A DNA stretch of 64,000 bases from the human T2T-CHM13v2.0 reference genome, Homo sapiens. The stretch lies in the NCBI RefSeq assembly GCF_009914755.1, contig NC_060926.1; one strand, given 5' to 3'. The notes beneath the pieces are model-generated. The model was not told the DNA's origin. It worked only from the letters and a program-made list of their open reading frames with translations, and did no database searches. Numbering within the stretch: position 1 is the first letter of the stretch; each line of letters starts with the position of its first letter. The position numbers and the translations under genes are program-made. Positions 16,004 through 30,780 of the stretch are shown here, piece by piece.

Positions 16004-19000
16004 GGGGCTCAAGATGCCTGACTAGATGCAACTAGAATGTGCCTCCTCCATGGATAGGAACCAAAATAGCAAGTAGATATTCACACTTCAAGTAGATTGT
16101 CTAAGAGAGTACACTGGGACTCAAAAGAGAAGTGATGAGAAGCACCAAAAGCAAGTAAGACGAGGGAGGTGAGAAATCCTTCTTGGCTGGGATTGGTTGG
16201 GAACTGAGGGAAGCTCCCAGACATGGGGAAAGGGTAAGAGATATATCCTCAGCATTCCATACTTGCATTATAGTCTTTTACAGTCTTAGCCATGAGAGAA
16301 CCCCTTGAAACATGTGTCAAAACTGACACAGGGAGTAACCTAGAGATTACACAGAGGCGTTGTTCCAGAGAGGGAACTCCTGCAGATGCCCATAGGCTTT
16401 TGAGCCCTGAGAAACTGCAGCTTGGTGCCATTCTGAAATCCAAGGCCCCAGAGGACTGCATCCTGCTTTGAGGCTGATGCCACCCATGCCATCAATGAAA
16501 GGGAGAGAGAGGAAGCTGGGGTCTTTTACAAACTTCAAGGACAAATCCCACCACTGCTGCTGCAGGGTTCTGGAGAACTGAGGTGCAAGCAAACCACACT
16601 CCCCACAGCTACCTGCCTACACTGCTCCTGCTGAAAGGGGCTCCACCCCATGCCCTGGTGATAAGTCCATCTGCAGCTGGCACCATTCCAAAAGCCTAGC
16701 CTCCAGAGGTCTGTGTCCTGCCTTGGGGGCCTGGATCTGGGTTGCTGTTGCTGCTGCCACCACCAAGGCAAGGATGGAAAGGGCAAGCCAGGTGTTTTCA
16801 CATGTCTTGAGCACAAATCCCACCAACATTGATGTAGGCTGCTGTGTGATTGAGGCATGAGGAAACTGCATGTTCCCAGCTATCTCCCTATGCTACTCCC
16901 ACTGAGAGTGACCTCACCTCAGTCACTGGAGGAGTGATCTTCCCAGTGGCAGATCCACAGCACCACTGCCACTCGCCATACCTCAGCATTCCACTAACAG
17001 CCTGGGAATCACCCTGCCCCTGCCTATGACAACAAGCACCTGAACACACTTCAAAACAGCCTAAGTCTGCTGGCTCAGTCCCATCCTCTCAGTAATTCAG
17101 TATGCTGTCCAGGGGCCTGGAAATCACTCAGCACAGTCTACCACCATTGGCACATGAACACTTCTCCCAGGGTCTAAGGACAGGCTGACATAACATGCTA
17201 ATACCACCAGAGCTGGCACTCACCCAGATGTACCACATCAGGCCAGGAAGCAGAAACTACCAACATCCCAGCAAACCATGTGGAGGCCCCCAAATCAGAC
17301 TGCTTGGGCCTAACAACACAAGTGCCAGCATAAGCCAACCTGGGGCCAAAGGACAGGCATGATCAGCTAATCACTGCCACCACTGAGGCCCCATGACTGG
17401 ACCATCTGTTATCCTGGTCCCCAGCAAAACTTCATCACAGCCAGCATTAATAACTGTACCCTAAGCCACCAAGGAAATCACAGCTATTACTGACATTGTT
17501 TACAGACAAAGATCCCAGAGATCACACTACTGCATACACCCAAAATCAAAGCCAAAGCACCTTACCCAACTGACAATATATAAATATTTTCAGGAAAACT
17601 TCTTCCCATATGAAAGCAGTTGCAAAAAAAAAAAAATGGAAGAAGTAACTATTATACCAGAAGTGCAGATATCAATGCAAGGACACAGAAAAAAAATGAA
17701 ACGGCAAAAAAAAAAAAAAAAAAGACACCTCCAAAGGAACACAGTAGCTCTTCAGCAACAGATTTCAATCAAAAAGAAATTAATAAAATCCCTGATAAAG
17801 AATTAAAAATATTGATTTTAAGAAGTTCAGTGAGATACAAGAAGATTCTGAAAAACAGTACAGGGAAATCAAAAAAAAATTCAGAATATGAGTGAGAAAT
17901 TTACCACAGAGTGCCAGATATTTTTAAAAAGAACCAGACTGAAATTCTGGAACTGAAGAATTCATTGAATGAAATACAAAATATAATCAGAAGTATCAAC
18001 AAAGGACTAGATCAGTAAATTTCTCAACAAAAACCTTACAGGCCAAGAGAGAATGAAATGACATATTCAAAGTGCTGAAAGAATAAAACTGGCATCCAAG
18101 GATACTACATCTATTAAAATCATCCTTCATAAATGAAAGAGAAATGAAGTCTTTCCTATATAAGTAAATACTGAGGGAATTTATCATCACTATACTGGTC
18201 CTACAACAAATGCTCAAGATAGTTTTAAGCTTGAACGTGAAAGGGTAACATTTACCATCATGAAAACATATGAAAGTATAAAACTCACTGGTAAGCCAAA
18301 GACACCATTGAGGAAGAGAAAAAACTCAAGTGGTACCACTACAGCATACCCCAAAGCACAGTGACAAAAAATAAGAGAAAAAGAGACAATGAATATAAAA
18401 AACGACGAGAAAAAATCAACAATATGACAGTAATAAAACCTCACATATCAATAATAACCTTAAATGTAAATAAATTAAATTCTCCACTTAAAAAATACAG
18501 ATTGTCTAAATGGATAAAAAACATGTTCCAACTATATGCTGCCTACAAGAAACATACTTTACCTGTAAAGACACATACAGATTCAAAGTAAACAAATGGA
18601 AAAAGATGTTCCATGCAAATGAAAACCAAAAGTGAGTAGGAGTAGCTACACTGATATCAGATAAAACAGACATTAAGTCAAAAACAGCAAAATGATGAAG
18701 ATGGTCACTAAATAATGATAAAGGGGTTATACCAGCAAGAGGATATAACAATTGTAAATATATACATACACCCAACACTGGAGCACCCAGATTCATAATG
18801 AAAATATTGCTAGATCTAAAGAGAGAAAAAGACATCAATACAATAATAGAAGGGTATTCCAACACCCCACTCACAGTATTAGACAGATCATCTAGACAAA
18901 TAACTAACAAAGAAATGTGGGATTTAAACAACTTTAGACCAAATGGACCTAACAGACATTTACAAAACATCTTATCCAACAACAGCAGAATATACATTAT

Positions 19001-22000
19001 TTTCATCAGTACATGAAATATTCTCCAGGATGGACCATGTGTTAGGCCACAAAACAAGTCTCAACAAATTTTCAAAAGTCAAAATTATATCAAGTAACTT
19101 CTCAGACCACAATGGAATAAAGCTAGAAATCAACACCCAGAGGAACTTTGGAAACTCTACACATACATGGAAATTAAACAACGTGCTCCTAAATGACCAT
19201 TGGGTGAATGAAGAAATTAAGATGGAAATAAAAAAAAATTTCAACAAATGAAAATGCAAATACAGCATACCAAAAGCTGTGAGATGCAGCAAAAGCAATG
19301 CTATGAGGGAATTTTATAGCAATTAATGCCTACATCAAAAAAGTGGAAAGATTTCAAATAAACAAGGTAATGATGCTCAAGGAACTAGAAAAGCAACAAC
19401 AAACCATCCCAAAATTAGCAGAAGGAAAGAAATAATAAAGATCAAATCAGAACTAAATAAATTAGAGAACAAAAAAAAACAAAGGATTAACAAAATGAAA
19501 AATTGATTTTTTTGAAAAAGTAAACAGCATTGATAAACCTGTAGCTAGACTAACCAAGAGAGAAGACCCAAATAAAGAAAAACAGAAATAAAAAAGGAGA
19601 CATTACAGCTGATAACCACAGAAATACAAAAGATTATCAGACATGATTATAAACTACAATACACTAACCAACTGGAAAATCTAGAAGAAATAAATAAATT
19701 TCTGAATGTACAATCTACCGAGATTGAAGAAAGAAGAAATAGAAAATGTGAACAGACCAATTACAAGTAATGAGATTGAATCAGTAATAAAATGTCTTCC
19801 AACAAAGAAAAGACCAGAACTGGATGGATTCACAGCCCAATTCTACAAAATGCACAAAGAAGAACTCATACCTATCCTCCTAAAAAAATCCCCCAAAAAT
19901 TGAAGAGAAGGGAATTCTGTTTAATTCATTCTATGAGGCCAGTATTACCCTAACACCACAATCAGATTAGAACACAACCAAAAAAGAAAACTATAGGCCA
20001 ATATCCCTGATGAACATATTTACAAAACTCCTCAACAAAATACTAGCAAACCAAATCCAACAGCACATCAAAAAGATAATACACCATGATCAAGTAAATT
20101 TTATACCAAGAATTCAAGCGTGGTTCAATATACTCAAATCAATGAAAGTGACACATCACATCAACAGAATGAAGGACAAACACCATATGATCATCTCAAT
20201 TAATGCAAGAAAAGCATTTGATAAAATTCAACATTCCTTCATGATAAAAACTCTCAGAAAACTAGGAATAGAAGAAATTTACCTTAAAATGATAAAGGCC
20301 ATATATGACAAACCCATAACTAACATCTTGCTGAATGGGGAAAAGCTGAAAGCTTTCCCTCCAAGATCTAGGATAAGATAAAAATGCCTTCTTTCACCAC
20401 TCCTATTCAACATAGTGCTGAAAGTCCTAGCCAGAGGAATCAGGAAAGAGAAAAACAATAAAAGTCATCCAAATTGGAAAAGAAGTCAAATTGTCCCTCT
20501 TTGCTCATGATATAATCTTATATCTAGAAAAACCTAGGGACTCCACCAAAAACTCCTAGATCTTACAAGTCAATTCAATAAAGTGGCAAGATGCAAAATC
20601 AACATACAAAAATCAGTAGCATTTCTATATACAAAATAGAGAATATCTACTATGGGATATTCTTAGTAGAGAATAGCTAACTGAGAAAAAACCAAGAAGG
20701 CAAATCTCATTTACAATAGTCACAAAAAAATTAAATACTTAGGAATAAATTTTAACAAAGGAGGTAAAAGACATGTATAAGAAAAACTACAAAACACTGG
20801 TGAAAAACTAAAGGGGACACAAACAAATGGAATTACATCCCATGCTCATAAATCAACAATGTATACAGTTAAAGTGACCATACTGCACAAAGCAATCTAC
20901 AGATTCAATGCAATCCCTATCAAATACCAATGTTGTTTTTCACAAAAATAGAAAAAATAATAGTAAAATTTGTATGGAACCAAAAAGTCTCCTGAATAGC
21001 TAAAGCAATTCTGAGTGAAAAGAGCAAAGCTGGAGGCATCACACTATCTGACATCAAAGTATATTACAAGCCTATAGTATCCAAACAGGATGATACTGAT
21101 GTGAAAACAGACACATACACCAATGGAACAGAAATGAGGATCCAGAAATGAATCCATGTATTTACATCCAACTGATTTTCAACAAAGGTGCCAAAAACAC
21201 ACACTAGGAAAAGGACTCTCTTAAATAAATGGTGCTGAGAAAAATGGATATCCATATGTAAAAGAATGAAACTGAATCCATTTGTCTACCCATATCAAAA
21301 ATCAACTCAAGATGTACTAAAGACTTAAATGTAAGACTCAAAATTGTAAAACAACTAGAAAAAAGTAGGGAACATACTTTAAGATCGGTCTAGGCAAAGA
21401 TTTCATGGCTAAGAGCTCAAACGCACAAAAAACTATAATAAAAATAAATAAATGGGACTATATTAAACTAAAAAACTTCTATACAGCCAAGGAAACATTC
21501 AAGAGAGTGACCAGTTTTATGGGAGAAAATATTTGTAAACTATTCATCTGACAAAGAATGAATATCCAGAATAACCAAGGAACTCAAACAACTCAACAAT
21601 AAAAAAAATCTCATTTAAAAGTGGTCTGTGGACATGAATATAAATTTTTCAAAAGGAGACAGACAAATGGCCACCAGGCATATGAAAAAAAAATGCTCAA
21701 CATCAGGAAAATGTAAATTAAAATCACAGTGAAATATTATCTCATCTCTGTTATAATGGCTATTGCTAAAAAGACAGATACTGATGAAGATGTAGAAAAA
21801 TGAGAACTTTTATAGACTATTGGTTAGAATGTAAATTTGTACAACCACTATGGAAAACAGTATAGAGACTCCTCAAAAAATTAGAAATAGAACTGCCATA
21901 TAATCCAGCAATCCCACTACTCGGTATTTATCCAAAGGAAAAAAAAATACGTATATTAAAGAGATATCTGCACTCACAAGTTTATCACAGCACTATTCAC

Positions 22001-22691
22001 AATGTCAAGAATTTGTAATCAACATAAGGGTTCATCAGCAGACGAATGGATACGGAAAGTGTGATATATATATACATATATACAATCAAATACTATTTGT
22101 ATTTGATGTATACAATCATATACTATTGTGTATATACATACACAATATATATATTGAATATATATATATATACACAATCAAATACTATTCAGCCATTCAA
22201 AAGAATGAAATCATGTCATTTGTAGCAACATAGGTACAACCTGAGGTCATTATGTTATGTGAGATAAGCCTAGCACAGAAAGATGCTGTATGTTCTCACT
22301 CATACATGGGAGCTAAACAACAACAATAAAAAAGATCTCACAGAGATAGAAAATAGAATGATAGGAACCAGAGCATGGGAAGGGTGTGTAGGTGAGAGGG
22401 GGAAATACAGAGGGATTGGTTAGTGGGTACAAACATATAGCATATAGTTGTAAAAAACAAAAATGCCCCAATATTCAATAGCAGAGTAGAGTCACCATAG
22501 TTAGCAACAATGTATTGTATATTTCAAAGTAGCTAAAAGAGAGGACTTGTACCAACACATAGAAATGAAACTCAAGATGATGGCTATTTCAAATACCCTG
22601 ACCTGATCATTACACATTTTATCCATGCAATAAATATTCACATGTACGCCATAATATGTAAAATATTTTGTTTCAATTAAAAAAATTTTTT
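16004..22691 (+). mobile_element. Near full-length decayed L1MA4-like LINE-1 with internal ORF1 deletion
   Basis: 5' ggggctcaagatg, long 5'UTR, ORF2 remnants (18943, 19706, 20010), L1MA4-type 3'UTR; degenerate TSD aagaaattgtatct / aagaaattcaact. Confidence 0.85.
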
Positions 22692-25600
22692 AAGAAATTC
22701 AACTAGTAATCAAAATGTTCCCAAAAGGAAAACATCAGGCCTAGGTAGTTTAACTCTCAGATTTATCAAACATTTAGAAAAAAAATAATAATCTTAAAAC
22801 ATTCTTCCATAAAAACAGAGGTAGAGAAAGCGCTTCTCAATTTACTTTGTGAGGCCATCAAAACTGTCATATAAAATCTGATGAACACATCAAAACAAAG
22901 AAAATTAAACATCAATATCCATCATGAATGTGGGCACAAAAATACTCAAAAGTATTAGAAAATTGAATCCAGTGATATATAAGAAAATAATGACTTATAT
23001 TAAAAAGTAATATTTACACTGGGAATGTAAGATTTGTTCAAAATTGAACAAATTATTCAATTAACAATACAGAAGAAAAGTCATAATCATCACAATAGGT
23101 CTAAAATACCTTTTAAAAATTCAACCTTCATTCATTATTAAAAAAAGAAACATCTCAGCCAACAAGGAATATAAGGGAACATCCTCAATCTCATAAAGAA
23201 AAACCTTATAGAAAACATATTTCATGATAAAAGTTTGAATGTTTTCTTCACAGCATTGGAGATAAGTGAAGGATATCTGCTCTTAGCATTTCTATTCAAT
23301 CTTGTGCTGGATATCTTAGCCAAAATAAAAAGGCAATAAAAAGAAATTAAAAAGTCCACATATTGGAAAGGAAAAAGTAAAATATTCTTCATTTTCAGAT
23401 GACATGATTCTAAGGAACTTATAAGAAAACTACTACAATCAATAAGAGAACTTATGAAAGTTGCAAGATAAAAGGTCAATATCCAGGAATTAATTGTATT
23501 TCTACATGCTAGCAAAAAATAATTGGAAATGAGATTTTTAAAATACAATTTTCATGTCTTTCAAAGACATGAAATGCATAGGTATCAATTTAACGAAAGA
23601 TATGCAGGACCTCTGCACAGAAAATTACAAAACATTGCTAAGATATATTAAAGATATCTATATAAATGAGAGTTACACCATGTTTATGAATCAATAGTTT
23701 GAAAAAGTGCGTTCTTCCCAAATTGATATGTAATTCAATGCAATATCAATAAAAATTCAAATAGGAATTTTGGAGAAATTGGCAAGTGGATTCTGAGATG
23801 CATATGAAAATGCAAAGAACCTAGAATTGCTGAATTATTTTGAAAAGAACCAATTAGGAGAGCTTATGCTACCAATCTTAAGACTTGTATAAAATTTCTG
23901 TAATTAAGACAGGGTAATAATGGCAAAAAGATAGAAATATAGATCACAGGAATGGAATAGACCATTCTGAAATAGAACCACACACATTGCCAACTAATTT
24001 TCAGCAGAATGCCAGGTCAATTCAATAAAGAAATAAAAATCTTTCCAACAAATGGTGCTAGAATAACCAGAAATCCATAAGAAAAATTAAAAAAACCTCA
24101 TGCCATATGCAAAACTTAATTTTAAATAAGTTATAAGCCTAAATGTATAAAATTGTAAGGCTTTTAGAACAAGACATTGCAGAAAATTTTTACAAACTTG
24201 AATAAGCAGTTATTTGTTAGGCAGGACACAAAAAAAACAAGCCATTAAAAAAATTGACAAATTAGACTTTATTAAAATTTAAATCTCCTGCTCTTTCAAA
24301 GATACCATTAAGAAAATGAAAATGTAAGGCACGGATTAGGATAAAATATTCACAATACATGTATTTCATAAAAGACATAGCCAGGATAAATTTTTTAAAT
24401 TCTTGAAATAATGTGAAGATAACTCATTTATAAAATGTTTAACATAATTAGTCATCAAGAAATCACAATAAGATTCCACTACAGATTTACTAGAACAACT
24501 AAAACTTTAAAACTGGCAACAAATCAGGGTGTGAAGCAACCAGAGCTCTCACACATTGCTGATGAGAATGTAAAACAGCACACTGTGGAAAATAATTTGG
24601 CGATTTCATTTAAAGTTCAACATACACTTTCCATAAAACCATCAATTCCACTCCTTAGTGTTTTCCTATGAGAAACAGAAAAATTATTTCCCAAAAGAAG
24701 ACTTGTACACTGATACTTACAGCAATTTTATTCATAATAGGCAAAACTAGAAATAATACAAATGTCTGTCAACAGGTGAATGAATAAACAAATTGTGACA
24801 TATTCATATAATGGACTAGTACTCATGAAAGAAAGGCTCCAATTACTGGTACATGCAACAATGTGATTTAATCTCAAACCTAATACAAAAGAGTGCATAC
24901 TATATGACTTGAATTTGTCTGAAGTCCTAAAACAGGCAAAACTAATCTACAGAGATAAAAATCAGATCAGTGGTTGTACATTGTGCCTATTATGTAGTTT
25001 TTTATCCCTCACTCCCCTCCTGCCTTCCTCCCTTCTGACTCTCCGATGTCCATTATACCACTCTGTAAAATGGGTTTACTGCAAAGGGACCTGAGGGAGT
25101 GTGCTGGGGTGAAAAAAAATTCTGTGTTTTAAGTGGGTTGGTGGTACTCATTTGAAAGTACATGTGCTTTTCAAAACTCTTTGAACTGTACACTTAAAAT
25201 ATGTGCATTTTACTTCATATAAATTACTTTTCAGTAAAGTTGATTTAAAAATAAAATGAAATTTCTGAATTAAAAAAGGGTTGGGTGAAAATTCATATAT
25301 CTCAAGAGCAGAAACATAAGTAGTAAAGGGGGTGCCTGATGGATGTAGCCAATTCATCTAATATATTAAGAATATAGATTGAAATTCATGTTGCTGGTGG
25401 GCACTGTTAGGAATTGAATACATGATGCTCTGTAAACCTGAACCAGCAGTTTGCAAAAGTAAGTAATCCTTAGTTTATAGGCAATTAGCAATTAGGCATA
25501 AAGTATAATTGCTGTTGCTATATTTGTAGTCAAGTGAAATTGTAGTATGATTAGACTAATTGAAAAGTGTAAAAAAATCTGTTGTGTAAACTGTATTTAA

Positions 25601-26189
25601 AGATTTCTCTCCATGCAAAGGAAATGTTAGCAAGATTAAACGGAAACAACAAAAAAGACTCCCACCTATCTTGAAGATTCCTGATTGTCACCAAACTACT
25701 AAAATTATACTAGAGGTTTTATCTACCATTCAGCCAGAGGCACTGTGGCTTACCAAAGCTAAAGATGTTTTAGTCAGAAAGAAGCCATATGCCTTTCAAG
25801 TATTAGCAGGCATTCCTAAGGACGTTGCTGAGAGGTCGGCCTCGGAAGCAACTGCTACATCCAGATATGAGTATCTGGGATGCTTACTCAGAAGGATTTG
25901 CAGGCTTGTTTTAGAAAAGTCGAACAATTTCAGTGGTTTCCTAAATTAGACTGTTCTCCATACAGTATCAGAGTCATCTCTCTAAAACACAAATATAATC
26001 ATGCAAACTTTAGCTAACTCCCCGACGTATAGGGGCATCCTAAACTCTTTGGGATAACACACGTGGGTCCTCTCACTATGGCCCCAGCCAATCTTTCCAT
26101 TTTCATCTCCCTTTTTAATCAGTTCTTCAGCCACTTTGACTTTCTCACCATTTCCAATTATGCCATGAAAAGTCATAAATCAGTTATTA

Positions 26190-26512
26190 TTCCCAAACTC
26201 CTCAAATGCTTGGAAAATGCTTAATTATCATCCAGACCCAGATCAAATGTCACTTCCTTTGTGAAAATTTCCTGACTCCCTCAAGAAGAGTATTTCCATC
26301 TTTCCAGTTGCAATCTCACTTTGTACAATACCTTCATTGTAATATGTATGTCATCTTATTCAGATTGCATTTTAATATGTCTAACTCAACTATGAAGCTT
26401 TGATTAGCTCAAGGCCAGATACTGTGTCTTATTTATCATTAACTTGTCCCGAGCACCATACACAGTACATAAACTCAGTAGCAACTGAATCAATGTCTAT
26501 TGAAGAATGAAT
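26190..26512 (+). mobile_element. L2 3' fragment
   Basis: cagatcaaatgtcacttcc... ending tattgaagaatgaat. Confidence 0.55.
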
Positions 26513-26760
26513 CTCTTGATCAGATATAAATCTCTTTCTTTCAAGGATCAGAAAAATGTAGATTCCCTACACTGAATTTCACCCTCTTACACACCAAAGA
26601 TTTCCCTGTTTTTAGACCAAAGAGTATACAGAGTTTCCCTCCAGTGCAGGCCCTATTCTCTCCCAGATGTGACAGTGATACAGTCCTGTGCTTTGGAAAA
26701 CCAAGTTCATTCTTAAAGCTACTATAATAGGAGACTACTATGGAGATTTAGGTTAGACTT

Positions 26761-27144
26761 TGATATAGGTTGGATGCTTGTCTCCTCCAAATCTCATGTT
26801 AAAATGTGGTCCCCAATGTTGGGGGGTGGGGCCTGGTGGGAGGAGGGCAGATCCTTCAGGAATGGCTTGGTGCCCTCTCCACAGTAATGAGTGAGTTCTC
26901 ACTGTGTTAGTTCACTTCAGAACTGATTGTTTGAAATAACCTGGCATCTCTCTTGCTCACTCTCTTGCCATGTGAAGCACCTACTCCCTTTGCCTTACAC
27001 CATGAGTAAAAGCTTCCTAAGGCCTCACCAGAAGCTCAGCAGATGACAGCACAATGCAGAGCTGTGAGTCAAATAAACCAATGTTCTTCATAAATTACCC
27101 AGCCCCAGGGATTTCTTTATAGCCATGCAAAATGGATTAATACA
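26761..27144 (+). mobile_element. MSTB-like MaLR solo LTR
   Basis: TGATATAGGTTGG...AATACA termini, ccaaatctcatgtt, aataaa; near-TSD gactt/aactt. Confidence 0.85.
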
Positions 27145-28959
27145 AACTTCATCTCAGAAAAAAATTATAAGAAGATTTCTATATCAAAACTATTTTGATT
27201 ACAAAAATAATTTCTTGAAAACTCTGATATCCACAAGTAGATGGTCTCCAAAGTGATTGTGGGTACCTTTCAGACACTGAAGGAATGACGTGAGAAAAGA
27301 GACTAATAGGCCAAAGCTGTAAATGTCCAGTGAATTAAAGGGGTGGGTAAAAGAAACTCTTAAAAAGCACAGGAAATTTGAAACTGGTTAATGCCAGTGA
27401 CAATTGATGAAAATTTAAAGCATATGGATGATTCCCTTGCATCATCAAAAATAGAGGTGAGATTGCACAATTTAAGTAGATCTTGATCTTGCTCTGAAAG
27501 CAGACAGCACTGCCCTGCATATCACAAATACACTCCCAATGGACAGAACATATATCTGTCCAGTCAGAGAAAAAAAAATGACATAGAGTTATCCATCTTT
27601 GGTTTTCCTGCTGTGCCAAAGCATCTTCAAACATGAAGAGAGCTGCACCTGGGATGCCCTGCTTCTTTTCCCAAGCCTGACATTGTTTCAGTTCTTTCTT
27701 GGGAATGCATCCAAGACATGGAGCACAAGGATGTTCTGTACACAATTTAAAACACTTTTATTATAAGAATCAAAAAATGGCTGGAGGTAGGAAACTTATC
27801 GTACTCATTGGCACTTCTAAAAATGCACAAAAGACTACATTGTACTGTGCCCAGTAATTATTATTAAGCATTTGTATAGAACTTTATATTTACAAAGTGC
27901 TTTGTAGTCCTTTGTGTTATTATTCCTCACAGCAGCCTTATGAGGTAGGTTGGTATTGTTAAATCTATTTTACCTCACTTCAGGAGGTCCCTCTTTGAAG
28001 TACTTTGAAATAAAACTTGAAGAATCAAAACCCTTCAGAGTGTCTGGAAGAACAAGGTGAAAAAAAAGCCCCATGGTGAAAGTTTGTGCTAAAAAAGAAA
28101 TCCCAAAGGGAGCCTGTGTGCTGGAGAAGGAGATCAGAGACCAAAAAGGGAGCTGGAAATTGCATCAATTTGATTTGGAAATAATGGGCAGCCTGAATAT
28201 AGTGAGATTCATTTATTAAGTTGAGTATGAATATGAGACCTGTTTTCTTTTTGGTTTGTTTAGAAAACCTTGTATCGGGTACTGATAAATTGTAAATAAG
28301 CTAAATATTTTTTGTATGGTATCTAGGTGAGACTGGTGATTGCCCTTCACTGTCAATTTCTGTGTTTTTATATCATAACACATACAATCATAAATGAGGA
28401 AATTCAGTGCAGTTGGGCACTGGGTTCTGTTACGAATCCAAGCGTTAACTGATCAGCCACAAGAAGAAATTTTTAAATGTTTCCGTTACCTTCGAAGATA
28501 AACTTTCTTTATTTCATCTTAAAAATCATTCATATTTGTATGGAAAAAATTTGGAGAATAAATAAAAGTTTGAAAAATTTCACCAATACTCGTAATACCC
28601 AAGACAATCATCATTTAAAATGTCAGATTTCCTTCACATGTTTGTCTAAGCATAATTTACATTATTCTGATTAAATAATGTATATAGTTTTGCATACTCC
28701 TTTTTATTTTACATTTTAATATAAATATTTTTTCTGTTTTATATAACAAACACTTACAACATGCAGCTCTTCTAAGCCTGGAGAAATATACTTAGTCCTA
28801 GAAACTGCAAAGATTTTAGCATCCCTAAAATACTATTACCTTAAAAATATTATTACTTTAAAAATCTGATATGATGACCTTTCTTAATAATGGCAGAAAC
28901 TGTCATGGTTTCCATAAATGGGATCATCAGTCTCAGAGCTTAGAATACCATCTATGTAT

Positions 28960-30780
28960 ATTGATAACTCCCAAATTATATGCTCATGTCTCTCTTTTAA
29001 ATTCCAGACTTGAATATCCAACTTCCCAGTCAGTCTTTTCATTTGAATGTTTAATGGGCATCTCATACCTAAAACAGCCAAACTGAAATTCTTTTTCTTT
29101 ATTTTAAAAAAACTGTTAATACATAGTATTTATACATTGTTATAGGGTACGTGTGGTATCTTATTACATGCATAGACTCTGTAACAATAAAGTCAGGTTA
29201 CTTAGGGTATCCATCACCTTGAGTATTTATAATTTCTATGTGTTGGGAACATTTCAAGTCCTCTCTTGTAGCTATTTTGAAATACGCAATACACTGTTGT
29301 TAACTACAGTCATAATACTCTGCTATTGAACATCGAAACTTCTTCCTTCTGCTTAACTGTATGTTTGTACCCATTAAACAACCTCTCAGGCTCTCACACC
29401 CTTCTCAGGCTCTGGTTACTAACATTCTACTTTCTACCTTCATAAGATCAACAATTTTTAGCCCCAAAAATGAGTGAGAACATGCAATATTTGTTTTCCT
29501 CCATCTGGCTTATTTCATTTAACATAATGTCTTCCAGTTCCATCCATGTTGCTATAAATGGCAGGATTTTATTATTTTTTTATTGCTGAGTAGTATTCTA
29601 TTGTGTATATATACTGCATTTTCTTTACCCATTCACCTGTTGATGGATACTTAGGCTGATTCCATATCTTTGCTATTGTGAATAGCACTGCAGTAAATAT
29701 GGGGGTGCAGGTGTCCCTTTGGTATAATGATTTTCTTTCCTTTGGATAAATACCAGTAGTGTGATTGCTGGACTGGATGGTAGTCCTGTTTTTAGTTTTT
29801 CTGAGAAATCTCCATACTGTTTACCATAATGGCTATAGGAATTTACATTCCTACCAACAGTGTATAAGAGTTTCCTTTTCTCTGTATCCTTGCTAGCTTC
29901 TGATGTTTTTTGTCCTTTTAGTAATAGCCATTCTAACTAAGATGATATTTCACTGTGGTTTTGATTTACATTTCCCTGATGATTAGGGAAATTACATTTC
30001 TGTCATACCTCACATCTCATTTATTAGAAAATCTTCTTTGTTCTCTCTTCAAAATCTAACCTCTGTCCACATCACTACCAATACTCCCCAGGTTCAAGTC
30101 ACCAGTCTCTCTCTAGATTAGTGCATTAGCCTCCTATCTGATCTCTGTTTCTGCTCTTGCTCCTTTAATGCTATCCTTAACCTAGAACCCAATGCAGTTC
30201 TGTTAAAACCTATCAGACACACTCATCCTTGCTCAAAACCTTGCAATGGCTTCCCATTTCACTCTCAGTATGGACTTACCAGGACCCACAAGCTCTGCCC
30301 CTCACATTCACACTCATTACCTCCCAGACCTCCTCTCTAACTGCTGTCCAGGTTGTCCACTCTATTCCAGACACATTAGGCTCCTCCTATAAATACCAGG
30401 CACCCTCCTGCCTTGGGACTTTTTCACTTCTTCCCCCATCCGAAATTCTCTTCCTCCAAACAGTCACTCAGCTCCCTCTCACATCTATTCTCTTCAAAAG
30501 GCTTTCCTCTAAAATTTAAAGGCTACTCCACCAATAAGCCATCTGTCTCCTTCCCTGCTTTTTTCTTATTTAGTACCTTAATTTCAGATTAACATACCAT
30601 ATATAGTTCTATTTATCCTGTTTAGTACATATCTTCCCCCGCTAAACTGTAAGCTAAGATATAACAAGAATATAGGGGCATAGATTTTTGTCTGTTTTGT
30701 TTGTTGCTCTATTTCCAGCACCTAAAACAGTATCCAATACATGGTGTGTGCCAAATAAATATCTGTTCGATAAATAAACC
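28960..30780 (+). mobile_element. L2 fragments interrupted by an antisense L1MA
   Basis: L2 motifs ctgctcaaaaccttgcaatggcttccca and ccagcacctaaaacagt...aataaatatctg. Confidence 0.65.
29090..29988 (-). mobile_element. L1MA (MA4A/MA5-like) 3' end, antisense
   Basis: Antisense L1 3'UTR and ORF2 C-terminus (tgagtgagaacatgc, ttccatatctttgctattgtgaatag). Confidence 0.8.

Noticed and set aside
8532-20381. ORF2-like ORF fragments in old L1s
   Set aside because: Short frames between many stops and frameshifts; decayed elements.
22060-22190. Repeated tacaatcaaatactatt units among (TA)n
   Set aside because: Slippage expansion inside L1MA4 ORF2; not an array with spacers.
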